Sequence record: MK373794.1
Direction: 5' to 3' (one strand)
DNA length: 64,000 bases
DNA from: Escherichia phage vB_EcoS_HdK1
Under the pieces are notes generated by a model. The model worked only from the letters and a program-made list of their open reading frames with translations. It was not told where the DNA came from and made no database searches. Positions 38,363-47,524 of the stretch are shown piece after piece. A program made the translations under genes and the position numbers. Numbering within the stretch: the first letter of the stretch is position 1; every line of letters starts with the position of its first letter.

Positions 38363-38977
38363 TTACTTTTTACACGCTTCAAGAAATTCCCGACGCCATG
38401 TGTCACCAGTTACGTCCGGTAATACACCATCACCCAATGCAGTACGTCCGCGGAATGCTTTAGTGATGGTTGAGCTTCCGCATACCTGTTTAATACCGCG
38501 CGACTCCATGCACATATGTTTTGCATCGATGTAGACACACACAGCTTTCGGCTCTAAATGGTCACGGATAGCGTCCGCAATTTGATTAGTCAGACGTTCT
38601 TGGACTTGCAAACGTCGAGCAAAAGCATCAACCACACGAGATAACTTACTAAGGCCAACAATTTTTCCATTCGGGACATACCCGACCACCGCATGACCAA
38701 TAATAGGAGCCATATGATGCTCACAATGACTGTAGACAGGGATATCACGGACGATGACCATTTCATCACAGTTTTCCCCACCATCCTCAAACGTTTTGAA
38801 CAGGGATGCAATATCGACAGAATAACCCCCGAACCACGTTTCAAATGCTTTAGCGACGCGCAATGGAGTTTCAACTAGACCTTCACGCAAGTCATCGCCA
38901 CCTTCAATCAACTTTAAAATCTTTTCGATACTGTGCGAAATTTCTGCTCGGTTTGTCATCTTTGTAAATTCATTCAT
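38363..38977 (-). CDS. folE: GTP cyclohydrolase I
   Basis: Motif HCEHHMAPIIGHAVVGYVPNGKIVGLSKLSRVVDAFARRLQVQERLT; ATG at 38977 with AAGGAAA RBS (ORF-track TTG start at 39013). Confidence 0.85.
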   Translation of the reverse strand: MNEFTKMTNRAEISHSIEKILKLIEGGDDLREGLVETPLRVAKAFETWFGGYSVDIASLFKTFEDGGENCDEMVIVRDIPVYSHCEHHMAPIIGHAVVGYVPNGKIVGLSKLSRVVDAFARRLQVQERLTNQIADAIRDHLEPKAVCVYIDAKHMCMESRGIKQVCGSSTITKAFRGRTALGDGVLPDVTGDTWRREFLEACKK

Positions 38978-39003
38978 GGTTTGCAGTTTCCTTGTGTGGT
39001 CAA

Positions 39004-39540
39004 TTATTTGCAATAGTTAACATGGCATTTAGATGTTTCTTCAATGGTACATTCTACCAGTTCAACACCATATTGGTCAAGCAGTTGAGGACCAATTACG
39101 TCAACCATATATGCAGCTAAGTTTTCCGCAGTTGGGTTGAATGGTAAAGCTACCAAAGAATTAAAGAAAGGATCATAATCTTCATCCGTCACTAAATTGT
39201 TCTCGCGCGCAAACTTAGTCGATGCAACAACAATGAGCGAATTAATCAGGCTGTCTTGTTCCCAATGCAGGAACTTATGATCCCAATTATCTTCCAGCCA
39301 CTGGCAGAGCGTAGTTTTAACCACACTAAAGTCGATAACGCGGCCTACATCGTCCAGGGATCCTTCTAAAGCAAATCCACTTACAGACTTAACGTAACCT
39401 TCCGACAATGTTTTCTTTGGTGCGACTTTAAAATGGAACTTATAGTTGTGACCATGAAGATGGCGACATTTGCTTTCGTGACCTACAACACGATGACCAG
39501 CGCAAATCTCGTGTGTGAAACGAATAACAGTGTAACCCAT
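39004..39540 (-). CDS. queD: 6-carboxy-5,6,7,8-tetrahydropterin synthase (QueD-like), with C-terminal extension
   Basis: Zn-binding motif CAGHRVVGHESKCRHLHGHNY; GAGGAA RBS. Confidence 0.8.
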   Translation of the reverse strand: MGYTVIRFTHEICAGHRVVGHESKCRHLHGHNYKFHFKVAPKKTLSEGYVKSVSGFALEGSLDDVGRVIDFSVVKTTLCQWLEDNWDHKFLHWEQDSLINSLIVVASTKFARENNLVTDEDYDPFFNSLVALPFNPTAENLAAYMVDVIGPQLLDQYGVELVECTIEETSKCHVNYCK

Positions 39541-39542
39541 TT

Positions 39543-40958
39543 TTATTCCTCGTTTTCGTATTTAATAACTTCTTGTGCGTTATTAATATTAAACGCAGTC
39601 CGGCGCATCATGCAAGGGCCACAAGTACCGCAATGCAAATCCCCGTTACGGTAACAGCTCCAGGTGTGCTCCAACGGGGCCCCTAAACGCAGACCTGTAG
39701 CGACAATCTCGTGCTTCATTAAGTTACCTACAGGCATGAGCACTTCAACGCGCTTACCGTCCCCTACAGCGAACGGTAACACCTGATTAAAGCGATTAAT
39801 AAACTCAGGTTCGTTGTCCGGATAGGCTCCAGCTTCTTCTAGGTTGTTACCAAGAACAATATAGTCGAAACCGTTAGCTTCTGCGTATGCAGTAGCAACA
39901 GAAAGCATCACAAGGTTACGAGCTGGAACCCATTCATGCGCGAACTCAGCGCCTTCTTCACCGCCCGCAATTGCAGCATCTTGGTCAAATAACGGGCTAT
40001 CTTTTTTATCGTAAATTGGGATTGGGAATTCAACTAATGGAACTTCCATCACTTCCGCAATTTTACGAATAGCCTTCAACTCGTTAGTTTCTGCACGACA
40101 ACCATACTGGAAGTTAATTAGAGTGACATCTAAACCATTGGACTTACACATTTGAGCTGCTACTGTGCTGTCCATACCACCACTGGCGACAACTAACGCA
40201 CGTTGAGTTTGCTTATTTGGAATAAGATCAACTTCATTACATACATCAGTGGATGTGACCACATTACATGAATAAGGCTTCAGCATTTGCTTAATAGCGC
40301 GTGTTGGTAGCATGTCTTCCTGGCTGGCGAAATACATACCAGTATCAGTCTTACCAATCCAGATTGGACGATAATTACATGCTGTAAACACACATCCCGG
40401 AAAGGAATCATGTGTCGCAAGGATTGCGAAGCTACCTTTTAATTTGCGAACAACTTCATGAAACACACTGTACAGGTAATTAAAGTCAGACAAACACATT
40501 TCATCTGCTGAAAGTGTACATTCCGCTAACTGTTCAACAATCGCAGCACTATCAATCTTAGTCTGTAGGGCATAGGTACGAAGGTCTTTATCGTTCGCAA
40601 TAGTACCGTTATGAACAATAGTCCAACCATCCATATGATACGGTTGCTGGTCCCACTCATTCTTGTCAACGACCCACTCTGTAGTCGGTTCAGCGCGAGC
40701 GTTACCAATCATTGTGAAGCTACCAATAGCTCCAGCATGAGATACAATGCGCCCAACTTTAACAAGACGTTCCAGCGATGTTTTCTTACCGACACTAACA
40801 ATACGTTGCGGGTGCATACTGTGGTCACCATGCGTAAAGCGTACACCAAGACCATCACGACCACGGTTGATACTAGCTTTAATAAGATCCTCAATGTCGT
40901 TACGGATAATAAGACTTTCAGGTTGACCGTTAGTAATAACACCAAAGATAGAGCACAT
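39543..40958 (-). CDS. queC: glutamine amidotransferase (class II) - QueC fusion, 7-cyano-7-deazaguanine synthase-like
   Basis: Starts Met-Cys (MCSIFGV, Ntn amidotransferase); PP-loop VVASGGMDSTVAAQMC; C-terminal Zn motif CGTCGPC; AAGGAAGG RBS. Confidence 0.8.
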   Translation of the reverse strand: MCSIFGVITNGQPESLIIRNDIEDLIKASINRGRDGLGVRFTHGDHSMHPQRIVSVGKKTSLERLVKVGRIVSHAGAIGSFTMIGNARAEPTTEWVVDKNEWDQQPYHMDGWTIVHNGTIANDKDLRTYALQTKIDSAAIVEQLAECTLSADEMCLSDFNYLYSVFHEVVRKLKGSFAILATHDSFPGCVFTACNYRPIWIGKTDTGMYFASQEDMLPTRAIKQMLKPYSCNVVTSTDVCNEVDLIPNKQTQRALVVASGGMDSTVAAQMCKSNGLDVTLINFQYGCRAETNELKAIRKIAEVMEVPLVEFPIPIYDKKDSPLFDQDAAIAGGEEGAEFAHEWVPARNLVMLSVATAYAEANGFDYIVLGNNLEEAGAYPDNEPEFINRFNQVLPFAVGDGKRVEVLMPVGNLMKHEIVATGLRLGAPLEHTWSCYRNGDLHCGTCGPCMMRRTAFNINNAQEVIKYENEE

Positions 40959-40959
40959 A

Positions 40960-41706
40960 TTATTTACCTTCCTTAACCATTTCAATTTCACGCTCAACGG
41001 ATGCAATAATATCGTTGAGGTCTTCCAGTAAGTCTTTATGACCGCGCTCACCCGCACACAGCACTTTCTTCAGTGCATGTTGCATGGGCCCACTGGTTAC
41101 ATTGAATGCTTTAATTACGTCGTACACGTCAACCCATACATCAATTTCAATTGGGCTACCATTAATGTCATGGGATTCAAAAGTTTTAATTTTGCGCATA
41201 TATTTATTCGGACGTGGAGCTTTAATCTCCTGGATACAACCCTTGTCGATAAACGTTTCTTTAATAAATACTTCAGGATTACCTTCTTTGTCACGATCAA
41301 CGTTAAAGACATTCGTAAGTAGATCGTCCATGATACTGGTTAATTTCTGAGTAGACGTCGTATGCTTCACGGTATTCACTTCCTCTTCTGCTTTCTGACT
41401 TCTTCTGGCAGAAGTATTGATACGCCATTTGTAAAGTGCATTACGTGGAGGCGTTACATGCGTGTTGTAGACCGTCTTTAAGTTCATAAGATCGTGTCCA
41501 TCCATACCTTCAACAAAGACAGTGAGTGCAGGGCAACTATCGTTCAGAACATCCACCATATACCCTTCTCGAATCACAGATGCAAGAGCTGCATGGGACG
41601 CAGCCTGAGAAACTGTGGTTACATAATGTTTTACAAATCCGTCTTCATCAAACAGACACTGGTTCAACACATTTTCTGGAACGATTTCACCGAGTAAACT
41701 GAACAT
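40960..41706 (-). CDS. hypothetical protein embedded in the deazaguanine cluster (248 aa)
   Basis: ORF between queE and gat-queC on the same strand, 1-nt spacing to the gat-queC start; no motif recognised. Confidence 0.5.
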   Translation of the reverse strand: MFSLLGEIVPENVLNQCLFDEDGFVKHYVTTVSQAASHAALASVIREGYMVDVLNDSCPALTVFVEGMDGHDLMNLKTVYNTHVTPPRNALYKWRINTSARRSQKAEEEVNTVKHTTSTQKLTSIMDDLLTNVFNVDRDKEGNPEVFIKETFIDKGCIQEIKAPRPNKYMRKIKTFESHDINGSPIEIDVWVDVYDVIKAFNVTSGPMQHALKKVLCAGERGHKDLLEDLNDIIASVEREIEMVKEGK

Positions 41707-41779
41707 ACTTATTCATAATAACCTACCTTATTAGTTGAACATACCATGTCTTCTAGCGTGTGCGTGAGTATGTATAGCT

Positions 41780-42544
41780 TCACTCTACACCTAAATATTT
41801 GTGGATCTGCAATTGCACGATGTAATTGTGCTTCATTGCATATTTAACGACAGCTTGAGCGTTTGCTTTATTAGCATCGTCGTCCTGTTCATCCATAGGT
41901 TGAAGATAAATCTTACCTTTAAAGTGTACAGGCGGACGTGCGATAAATGGTGTCGCACGGTGATCCAGTGCCTGCAACGGTAAACCATCTTCCTCGTTGA
42001 CGTTTCCGCTTTTCATTACATATTTGAAAGCATCCGCTCGAGCGGAAACGCTAGGGTGAACCTTTGCTGCCTTAGGACTACATACTACCACACAGTTATA
42101 GTTGAGTTCACGCGGGATAGGCATAGTTCCGTTAGTTTCAACCTGTACGCGATAACCTTTCATATCAATAAGGTAATTGATAAAATTAGCAACTTCAGGT
42201 TGACGGAAAGGTTCTCCGCCAGTAATGACAACTAAGTTAGTCTTGGCTTCACCAGTAACACGGACAATCTCTTGCCAGATGTCACCGTGATTCATCTTCT
42301 TACGATTGGACGTGTAGTTTGTATCACATCCTGGGCATTGCAAATTACAACCAGCTAATCGAACAAACACGGCAGGTTGACCACAAAACGGGCCTTCGCC
42401 TTGAATGGTATGAAAAATGGAATGCACGTCAAGAATACCACGTTCACGAACTAACTTCTCAGGTTCCTGAGTATTAATAATTTTCATATGATTTCCAAAT
42501 TTGGCTTGAGCCCAGTGGTGGGCGATAATGGCTTGTGCAAACAT
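41780..42544 (-). CDS. queE: 7-carboxy-7-deazaguanine synthase (radical SAM QueE)
   Basis: Motifs IQGEGPFCGQPAVFVRLAGCNLQCPGCDT and VITGGEP; start uncertain (ATG at 42544 or 42487; ORF-track TTG at 42568). Confidence 0.8.
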   Translation of the reverse strand: MFAQAIIAHHWAQAKFGNHMKIINTQEPEKLVRERGILDVHSIFHTIQGEGPFCGQPAVFVRLAGCNLQCPGCDTNYTSNRKKMNHGDIWQEIVRVTGEAKTNLVVITGGEPFRQPEVANFINYLIDMKGYRVQVETNGTMPIPRELNYNCVVVCSPKAAKVHPSVSARADAFKYVMKSGNVNEEDGLPLQALDHRATPFIARPPVHFKGKIYLQPMDEQDDDANKANAQAVVKYAMKHNYIVQLQIHKYLGVE

Positions 42545-42612
42545 TTGAACCTCGGGGTAAGATAACAAAGGGGCAGTAAATGCCCCTTCTGAGTTTCCGA
42601 AGTATCTACAGA

Positions 42613-43438
42613 TTACTCTGCAGTTTTCTGAGACGGAATTTCTACGTTAGCGGCCGCTTGTGCAATATTAGCAGGTACTGGAACGGATACGCGACCAGTA
42701 ATGCCCATGTATTTCTTCCAGCGAGCGTATTCCGCTTTAACGTTGGCTTCGTTCAGGCCTTTGTCCAGTGCAACAGGCCAGAACGTAGCTGATCGGTGCA
42801 GTCTGCCCCAGCTCCAGGGTCACAGCGTCAAAGATATCCCATGCAGCACGGCACAGAGTACCAACACCAGGCTTGCGAATACCGTTCTGTTCAGGCTCTT
42901 TCTTAGCTTCGCGTTCTGCTGCTTTACGAGCACGCTCTTCGTCCTGCAGACGTTTCTTCTCAGCGCGTTGTGCGTCACGTTTCGCTTTTTCAGCGGCCTT
43001 AGTGGCTTCGCGGGCAGCGGATACACGACCTTTAACATCTTTCAGAGTGGATTCAATGGAGGAAACCAGATCTTCAGATGCTGCAACGGCAGTTTTCAGC
43101 TGATCGTTGTCTTTAACTTTACGTGCTGCCGCTTTAACAGCTTTCAGACCTTCTTTAGCGGTCTTCAGCTGAGCGGTAACTACGCCTTCAACTGCTTTAA
43201 CTTCGTCCAGCAATGAACCTTCGTTCAGGGTCGCGAACTGTTCTTTAACAGCGGACGTAGCACCTTCGATCACATTGTAACCGGCAGTGGCTTCGTTCAT
43301 TGCGGCGTCAACTTTAGCCTGCAATTCACGTGCTGCTTTTTCTTCAGCTTCACGTTTTTTCTTTGCTTCAGCTTCTTTTGCTGCTTTCTTTGCTGCTTCT
43401 TCTGCTTCCAGTTGTTCTGGAGTTTTCTCTTTAGCCAT
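42613..43438 (-). CDS. Lys/Ala/Glu-rich helical protein (frameshifted near 42790)
   Basis: N-terminal AEEAAKKAAKEAEAKKKREAEEKAAREL-type low complexity; C-terminal segment ending ...VEIPSQKTAE lies in another frame, ending at 42613 (ORF-track 42737..43438). Confidence 0.45.
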
Positions 43439-43534
43439 GATTTAAATCCTCACAGTGTGGTTATTGGTTGTGAACTACGTTCTAAGTGGTTGCACTATAA
43501 CCCCTCTAAAAGAACTATGCAATATTTTAGTTAA

Positions 43535-44107
43535 TTAATTTAAGCCACGTTCTTTTACCCAGACCCCTAATGTATTACTTGATGTATTACGCTTCACACC
43601 TTGTGCCTCTAAACGATCCATCATTTGTTTTCTAAGCTGAAGGATTTCCTTCTTGTCACGAGGTTCACCAGCTTCTTTCCACATTTCGTCAGCAACAGCG
43701 AAAATAATATCGCGAGTGCCGGCTGTACGCGACGTTGCGGCACGTTTTTCGTTTGCCGGTGTGCTAGTACCTTGCCGCTCTCTTGTCGGTGTCCATGCCC
43801 CTTGTATGCCCATATTTGTTTGTACGGTTGGGCCGTCAATGATGGCGGATTCCAATGAACTATCATTCCGTACTTGAATATTAGGCTCCTCCCCCAAATC
43901 TGGAACAGAGCTGCCTTCGCGGTACATGCACTCACCCTCTTTATTACTAGCAATTGCCCAGTCCGCTTGTTCAGCCACATCCGCATCTATTACTGTCTCC
44001 GGTATTTCATTTAAAAAGTAATGGATGATCTTACTGATCATTTTCTTTGGATATAAAGCACCTTGCTTATTACCCGTTAAGTTGATGTACAAAAGCTGCA
44101 TTTGCAC
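43535..44107 (-). CDS. hypothetical protein, C-terminal fragment of frameshifted gene 43535..44337
   Basis: Upstream same-frame continuation (SSFPLEVEELYKEFDDVQ...) joins the 44140..44337 ORF after a frame change. Confidence 0.45.
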   Translation of the reverse strand: MQMQLLYINLTGNKQGALYPKKMISKIIHYFLNEIPETVIDADVAEQADWAIASNKEGECMYREGSSVPDLGEEPNIQVRNDSSLESAIIDGPTVQTNMGIQGAWTPTRERQGTSTPANEKRAATSRTAGTRDIIFAVADEMWKEAGEPRDKKEILQLRKQMMDRLEAQGVKRNTSSNTLGVWVKERGLN

Positions 44108-44139
44108 ATCATCAAACTCTTTATACAGTTCTTCAACTT

Positions 44140-44337
44140 CTAACGGGAAAGAACTACAGAACTTTCGCTACAGCATAGAATTCCATACTCATGAAGACGT
44201 TGAAAGTTTGGATGTTTGGCTAATACCTGCATCCGATCGTAATCAATTAAGACGTACATATTAATCCTTCCACCATTCGGGCCCACAATACATTCCACGT
44301 AGTTCTTCACGCATGTAATTTTCAAACTCGTCTTCAA
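44140..44337 (-). CDS. hypothetical protein, N-terminal fragment of frameshifted gene 43535..44337
   Basis: MYVLIDYDRMQVLAKHPNFQRLHEYGILCCSE then stop; continuation in another frame. Confidence 0.4.
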   Translation of the reverse strand: MKTSLKITCVKNYVECIVGPNGGRINMYVLIDYDRMQVLAKHPNFQRLHEYGILCCSESSVVLSR

Positions 44338-44500
44338 TATTGATTACTTGACTTTCGTGAAAAACTGCTACACCATGAATAAATCGTTTAGCTCTTTCTC
44401 CTTTAATTACACCGTAACCTAACGCCTCCCACTCTTTAAAAGTCTTCCATTCACCATCTTCCGGTGAATAGTCGTCACTTCTAAACGTCATCTTTGCCAT
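44261..44500 (-). CDS. hypothetical small protein (79 aa)
   Basis: ATG at 44500 with GAGG RBS, just downstream of the helicase stop (ORF-track version extends to 44668). Confidence 0.45.
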   Translation of the reverse strand: MAKMTFRSDDYSPEDGEWKTFKEWEALGYGVIKGERAKRFIHGVAVFHESQVINIEDEFENYMREELRGMYCGPEWWKD

Positions 44501-44507
44501 ATAAGCC

Positions 44508-46511
44508 TCAAAACGGAATGTCGTCATCAAAGTCTGGTGGTAGTTCTTTACCGTTACCAGTAAGAATAGGTTGATTAGACGTAGAATGCAATACTGTCGT
44601 ACGGGAATCAGTCTGCTCATCTTCATCAAACTTATTCGTATAACTTCCACCAAACTGGGACAGACCATTCATTGCTGCAATTTGTACAACCGGACGTTCG
44701 TTTGTTGCTTCTTTCTTACCGAATTCACTACCATCATAGCAACTATTCAACACTTCGGGGAACTTACCCTTCAAGTTGACATATATGTGCGTCGGTACAC
44801 GAAGCTGGCTGACCACATTGAGTGCTTCGTCAATGTTAGCTGGGATTGCCAAGCTGCAATGCTCGCGCCACCAGTTACGCGCTTTCTTACCTGCAAAGCC
44901 GGTATGGAACAGGCAAATATATTGTTGAATAGTTTGTGAGCCACAAAGATAGTCCACGCGAAGTGTCGGTGGCTTAGAACGGTCACCCCTGTTCTCGTGG
45001 CGGTAGTAACTCACCATATCAACTTTCAATACCTCAGTGACTGGTAAATCATTCTTGATAATAGCTTTCGTACTAGCACTCGCCATTAGTTTCTTCTCAA
45101 AAGTAAACTCATGACCGCAATAACCAGCACGGCACGCTTTATTATTCGTAATGGTATAACCTAATCCTTGCAGATAGAGTATTTCTTCATGTGACATGCT
45201 ACTTGTGTCGAATGGTTTTAACCCACCACAGAAGCGAACTGACGCATGGTTCCATGTTTTACATATTGGGCATTCCTTAACAGGTGCAGCGGATTTTCCT
45301 TTCTGCCCTGGACGCTTAGGAATAACAGGGTCATTAATAGGCCCAAGGCGCCTTGTGTTACCTGCATAATCCAATACAAGACAGTTCTGTTTATGCGAAG
45401 CGGAGATAGCTTGCAAACGACCCTCTGTTGTGGTCAAATCAAAACCATCTGCATAATCAGGTCGTGTACCACGTCCAAGCATCTGAACCCACAAACGGGA
45501 AGATTGAGATGGTCGCATACCAATTATCAAGTCAAGTCCTGGATGGTCAAAGCCTGTCGTTAATACGTTGTTGTTTGCTATTGCCTGTAAACGACCAGCT
45601 TTAAAATCAATAAGATACTGGTCACGCAAGGCTTTCGGTGTATCACCAGTTACAACTTCACAACTAATACCGCGCTCGTTGAGGTAGTCCTTGACATCTT
45701 TTGCATGGTCTACACCAGCACAAAAGACAAGCCAACTCATTCTATTCTCTTCTTCCGCAATACTAATCGCATCATCTAATAAATGGCGAGTTACATCAGG
45801 ATCGTTTACAACCTTTTGAAGCTCACTTTCAATGAACTCACCGCCTCGAGTATGAACACCACTTACATCATACTCTTTCTTTGTTTTACGTGGTACTAAC
45901 GGAACAAGATAACCCTCATCAATGAACCAGTTGAAGCACTCTACGGTACATGCGTTAAATACGATTTCATCAAATAAAGCATTAGGCGCATAATCATCTT
46001 TGATAATAGAACCAAAACCAAGACGCCAACTCGTAGCAGTAAGACCGATAATCTTTAGATATGGATTCTTTTCACGAATGTGCGCAAAGAACTTCTGGTA
46101 ACTTGTTTGTTGATTTGGGCTAATAAGGTCACATTCGTCAACTATAATAATATCAACGTCCTCAAAGTATTTAGCTTGTTTTGCAACAGACTGAATACCC
46201 GCGAACGTTATCATTGCGTTCTTATCTTTGCGGCCCATACCAGCACTATAAATACCAGTCGGTGCTTCAGGCCACAACTTCTTAAATTTATCGTGGTTCT
46301 GGTCTATCAATTCTTTTACGTGAGTAATTACCATCATGCGGGTACTACCCCAATTATCGTGAATTGTCTTTAATAGACCAGCAATTACAAGGGACTTACC
46401 AGTCCCTGTAGGCAACAAGATAACAGGATTTCCTGACTTTTCACCATGCTTGATGAAATAGCGCAATGTACTGTTTACAGCTTCTTGCTGATAATCACGT
46501 AGTTTGAACAT
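44508..46511 (-). CDS. superfamily 2 DNA helicase (DExD-box) with zinc-finger and SSB-like acidic C-terminal tip
   Basis: Motif I LLPTGTGKS; motif II IIVDECD; motif VI QMLGRGTR; CPICKTW...FCGG zinc finger; C-terminus ...PPDFDDDIPF. Confidence 0.8.
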   Translation of the reverse strand: MFKLRDYQQEAVNSTLRYFIKHGEKSGNPVILLPTGTGKSLVIAGLLKTIHDNWGSTRMMVITHVKELIDQNHDKFKKLWPEAPTGIYSAGMGRKDKNAMITFAGIQSVAKQAKYFEDVDIIIVDECDLISPNQQTSYQKFFAHIREKNPYLKIIGLTATSWRLGFGSIIKDDYAPNALFDEIVFNACTVECFNWFIDEGYLVPLVPRKTKKEYDVSGVHTRGGEFIESELQKVVNDPDVTRHLLDDAISIAEEENRMSWLVFCAGVDHAKDVKDYLNERGISCEVVTGDTPKALRDQYLIDFKAGRLQAIANNNVLTTGFDHPGLDLIIGMRPSQSSRLWVQMLGRGTRPDYADGFDLTTTEGRLQAISASHKQNCLVLDYAGNTRRLGPINDPVIPKRPGQKGKSAAPVKECPICKTWNHASVRFCGGLKPFDTSSMSHEEILYLQGLGYTITNNKACRAGYCGHEFTFEKKLMASASTKAIIKNDLPVTEVLKVDMVSYYRHENRGDRSKPPTLRVDYLCGSQTIQQYICLFHTGFAGKKARNWWREHCSLAIPANIDEALNVVSQLRVPTHIYVNLKGKFPEVLNSCYDGSEFGKKEATNERPVVQIAAMNGLSQFGGSYTNKFDEDEQTDSRTTVLHSTSNQPILTGNGKELPPDFDDDIPF

Positions 46512-47462
46512 TTACTCACCGTAATAATCTGCTGCTTCGTATTGACCACATGCTGCCATTTGATCTTCCTTCGTTAACACACCTTCGGTTCCATCGGTGA
46601 TGTATGCAGTAGCAGAAGCTACTTTGATTGCGCATCTCCAGGTTCCATCTTCAAGCGGATAAGAGTGCTTACAGGTGCGGCAGTTAACTTCAGGCATTTT
46701 GTTGTTATGGCACACCGCTTTGTGGTCACACCATTTGCATTTATAGTAAGATTTACTTTCATTGATCTTAGGTGGTGGGCATTCCGCCAGTGCAATTACA
46801 AATCCACGGTCTTTGTAGCGTTCTGCTGTTTCTTTATCAAACGGTACAAGCTCTGCCCAAATCTCGTCCGTGTTCTTATTAACTGCAATATAAAGAGCGG
46901 CTGGGAGTCCATAATACAACATGTATTCCTGCATCTGAACATAGTGCTCCCATTTGGATTCCATCACACCATTAACGACAAGTTTCTTGAACGAATCGTT
47001 ATTGTGCGTTTTCATCTCCGTTAAGATTGGTGTAGAAGGTTGTGGCATGTCAGGACAACCAATGACAATACCATCTATCGCGGAACCAAAGTGCCCGTTG
47101 AGATAGCTGACTCTATACTGGCTGCCATTTTCGTCTTGTTGGATGACTTGCATACCGGCGGTAAGTAATAAGGCCACGAAGCGACCTTCTTCAAGATGCC
47201 CGCGATTGAATAGACGTAAGGTCTTACCGTTAAAGTGTGGTTTTGTTGCCCATCGCCATCCGTAGAAGATTGCTCTGCTACACTCCTGCCCGATAAGACT
47301 AATCCCAAGATGCGAACGGAATCCGCCATCCCCCTCTCGATATGCGTCTTCAATATGCGGTAATACTTTTCCGAGCCATACTCTGTAAGCGGATCCTTGA
47401 TCTCGTTCAATACAGTCATTGAATAACTCCATTGTCTTAGTAGCAGGATAAAAATGTGGCAT
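46512..47462 (-). CDS. RecB/Cas4-like PD-(D/E)xK exonuclease with C-terminal Cys cluster (putative)
   Basis: D...EMK nuclease-like motif (AIDGIV...ILTEMKTH); four-Cys cluster CKWCDHKAVCHNNKMPEVNCRTC. Confidence 0.45.
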   Translation of the reverse strand: MPHFYPATKTMELFNDCIERDQGSAYRVWLGKVLPHIEDAYREGDGGFRSHLGISLIGQECSRAIFYGWRWATKPHFNGKTLRLFNRGHLEEGRFVALLLTAGMQVIQQDENGSQYRVSYLNGHFGSAIDGIVIGCPDMPQPSTPILTEMKTHNNDSFKKLVVNGVMESKWEHYVQMQEYMLYYGLPAALYIAVNKNTDEIWAELVPFDKETAERYKDRGFVIALAECPPPKINESKSYYKCKWCDHKAVCHNNKMPEVNCRTCKHSYPLEDGTWRCAIKVASATAYITDGTEGVLTKEDQMAACGQYEAADYYGE

Positions 47463-47524
47463 ATCATAATCCTATATAGAAAAATAAAGCTCCCGGAGGA
47501 GCTTTATTATAACATGATTTTTAA

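Noticed and set aside
40611-43216. Plus-strand ORFs antisense to queC, queE and the Lys/Glu-rich gene (40611..40976, 42701..43216, 42873..43103)
   Set aside because: Antisense to genes with clear catalytic motifs; unusual composition; no RBS.
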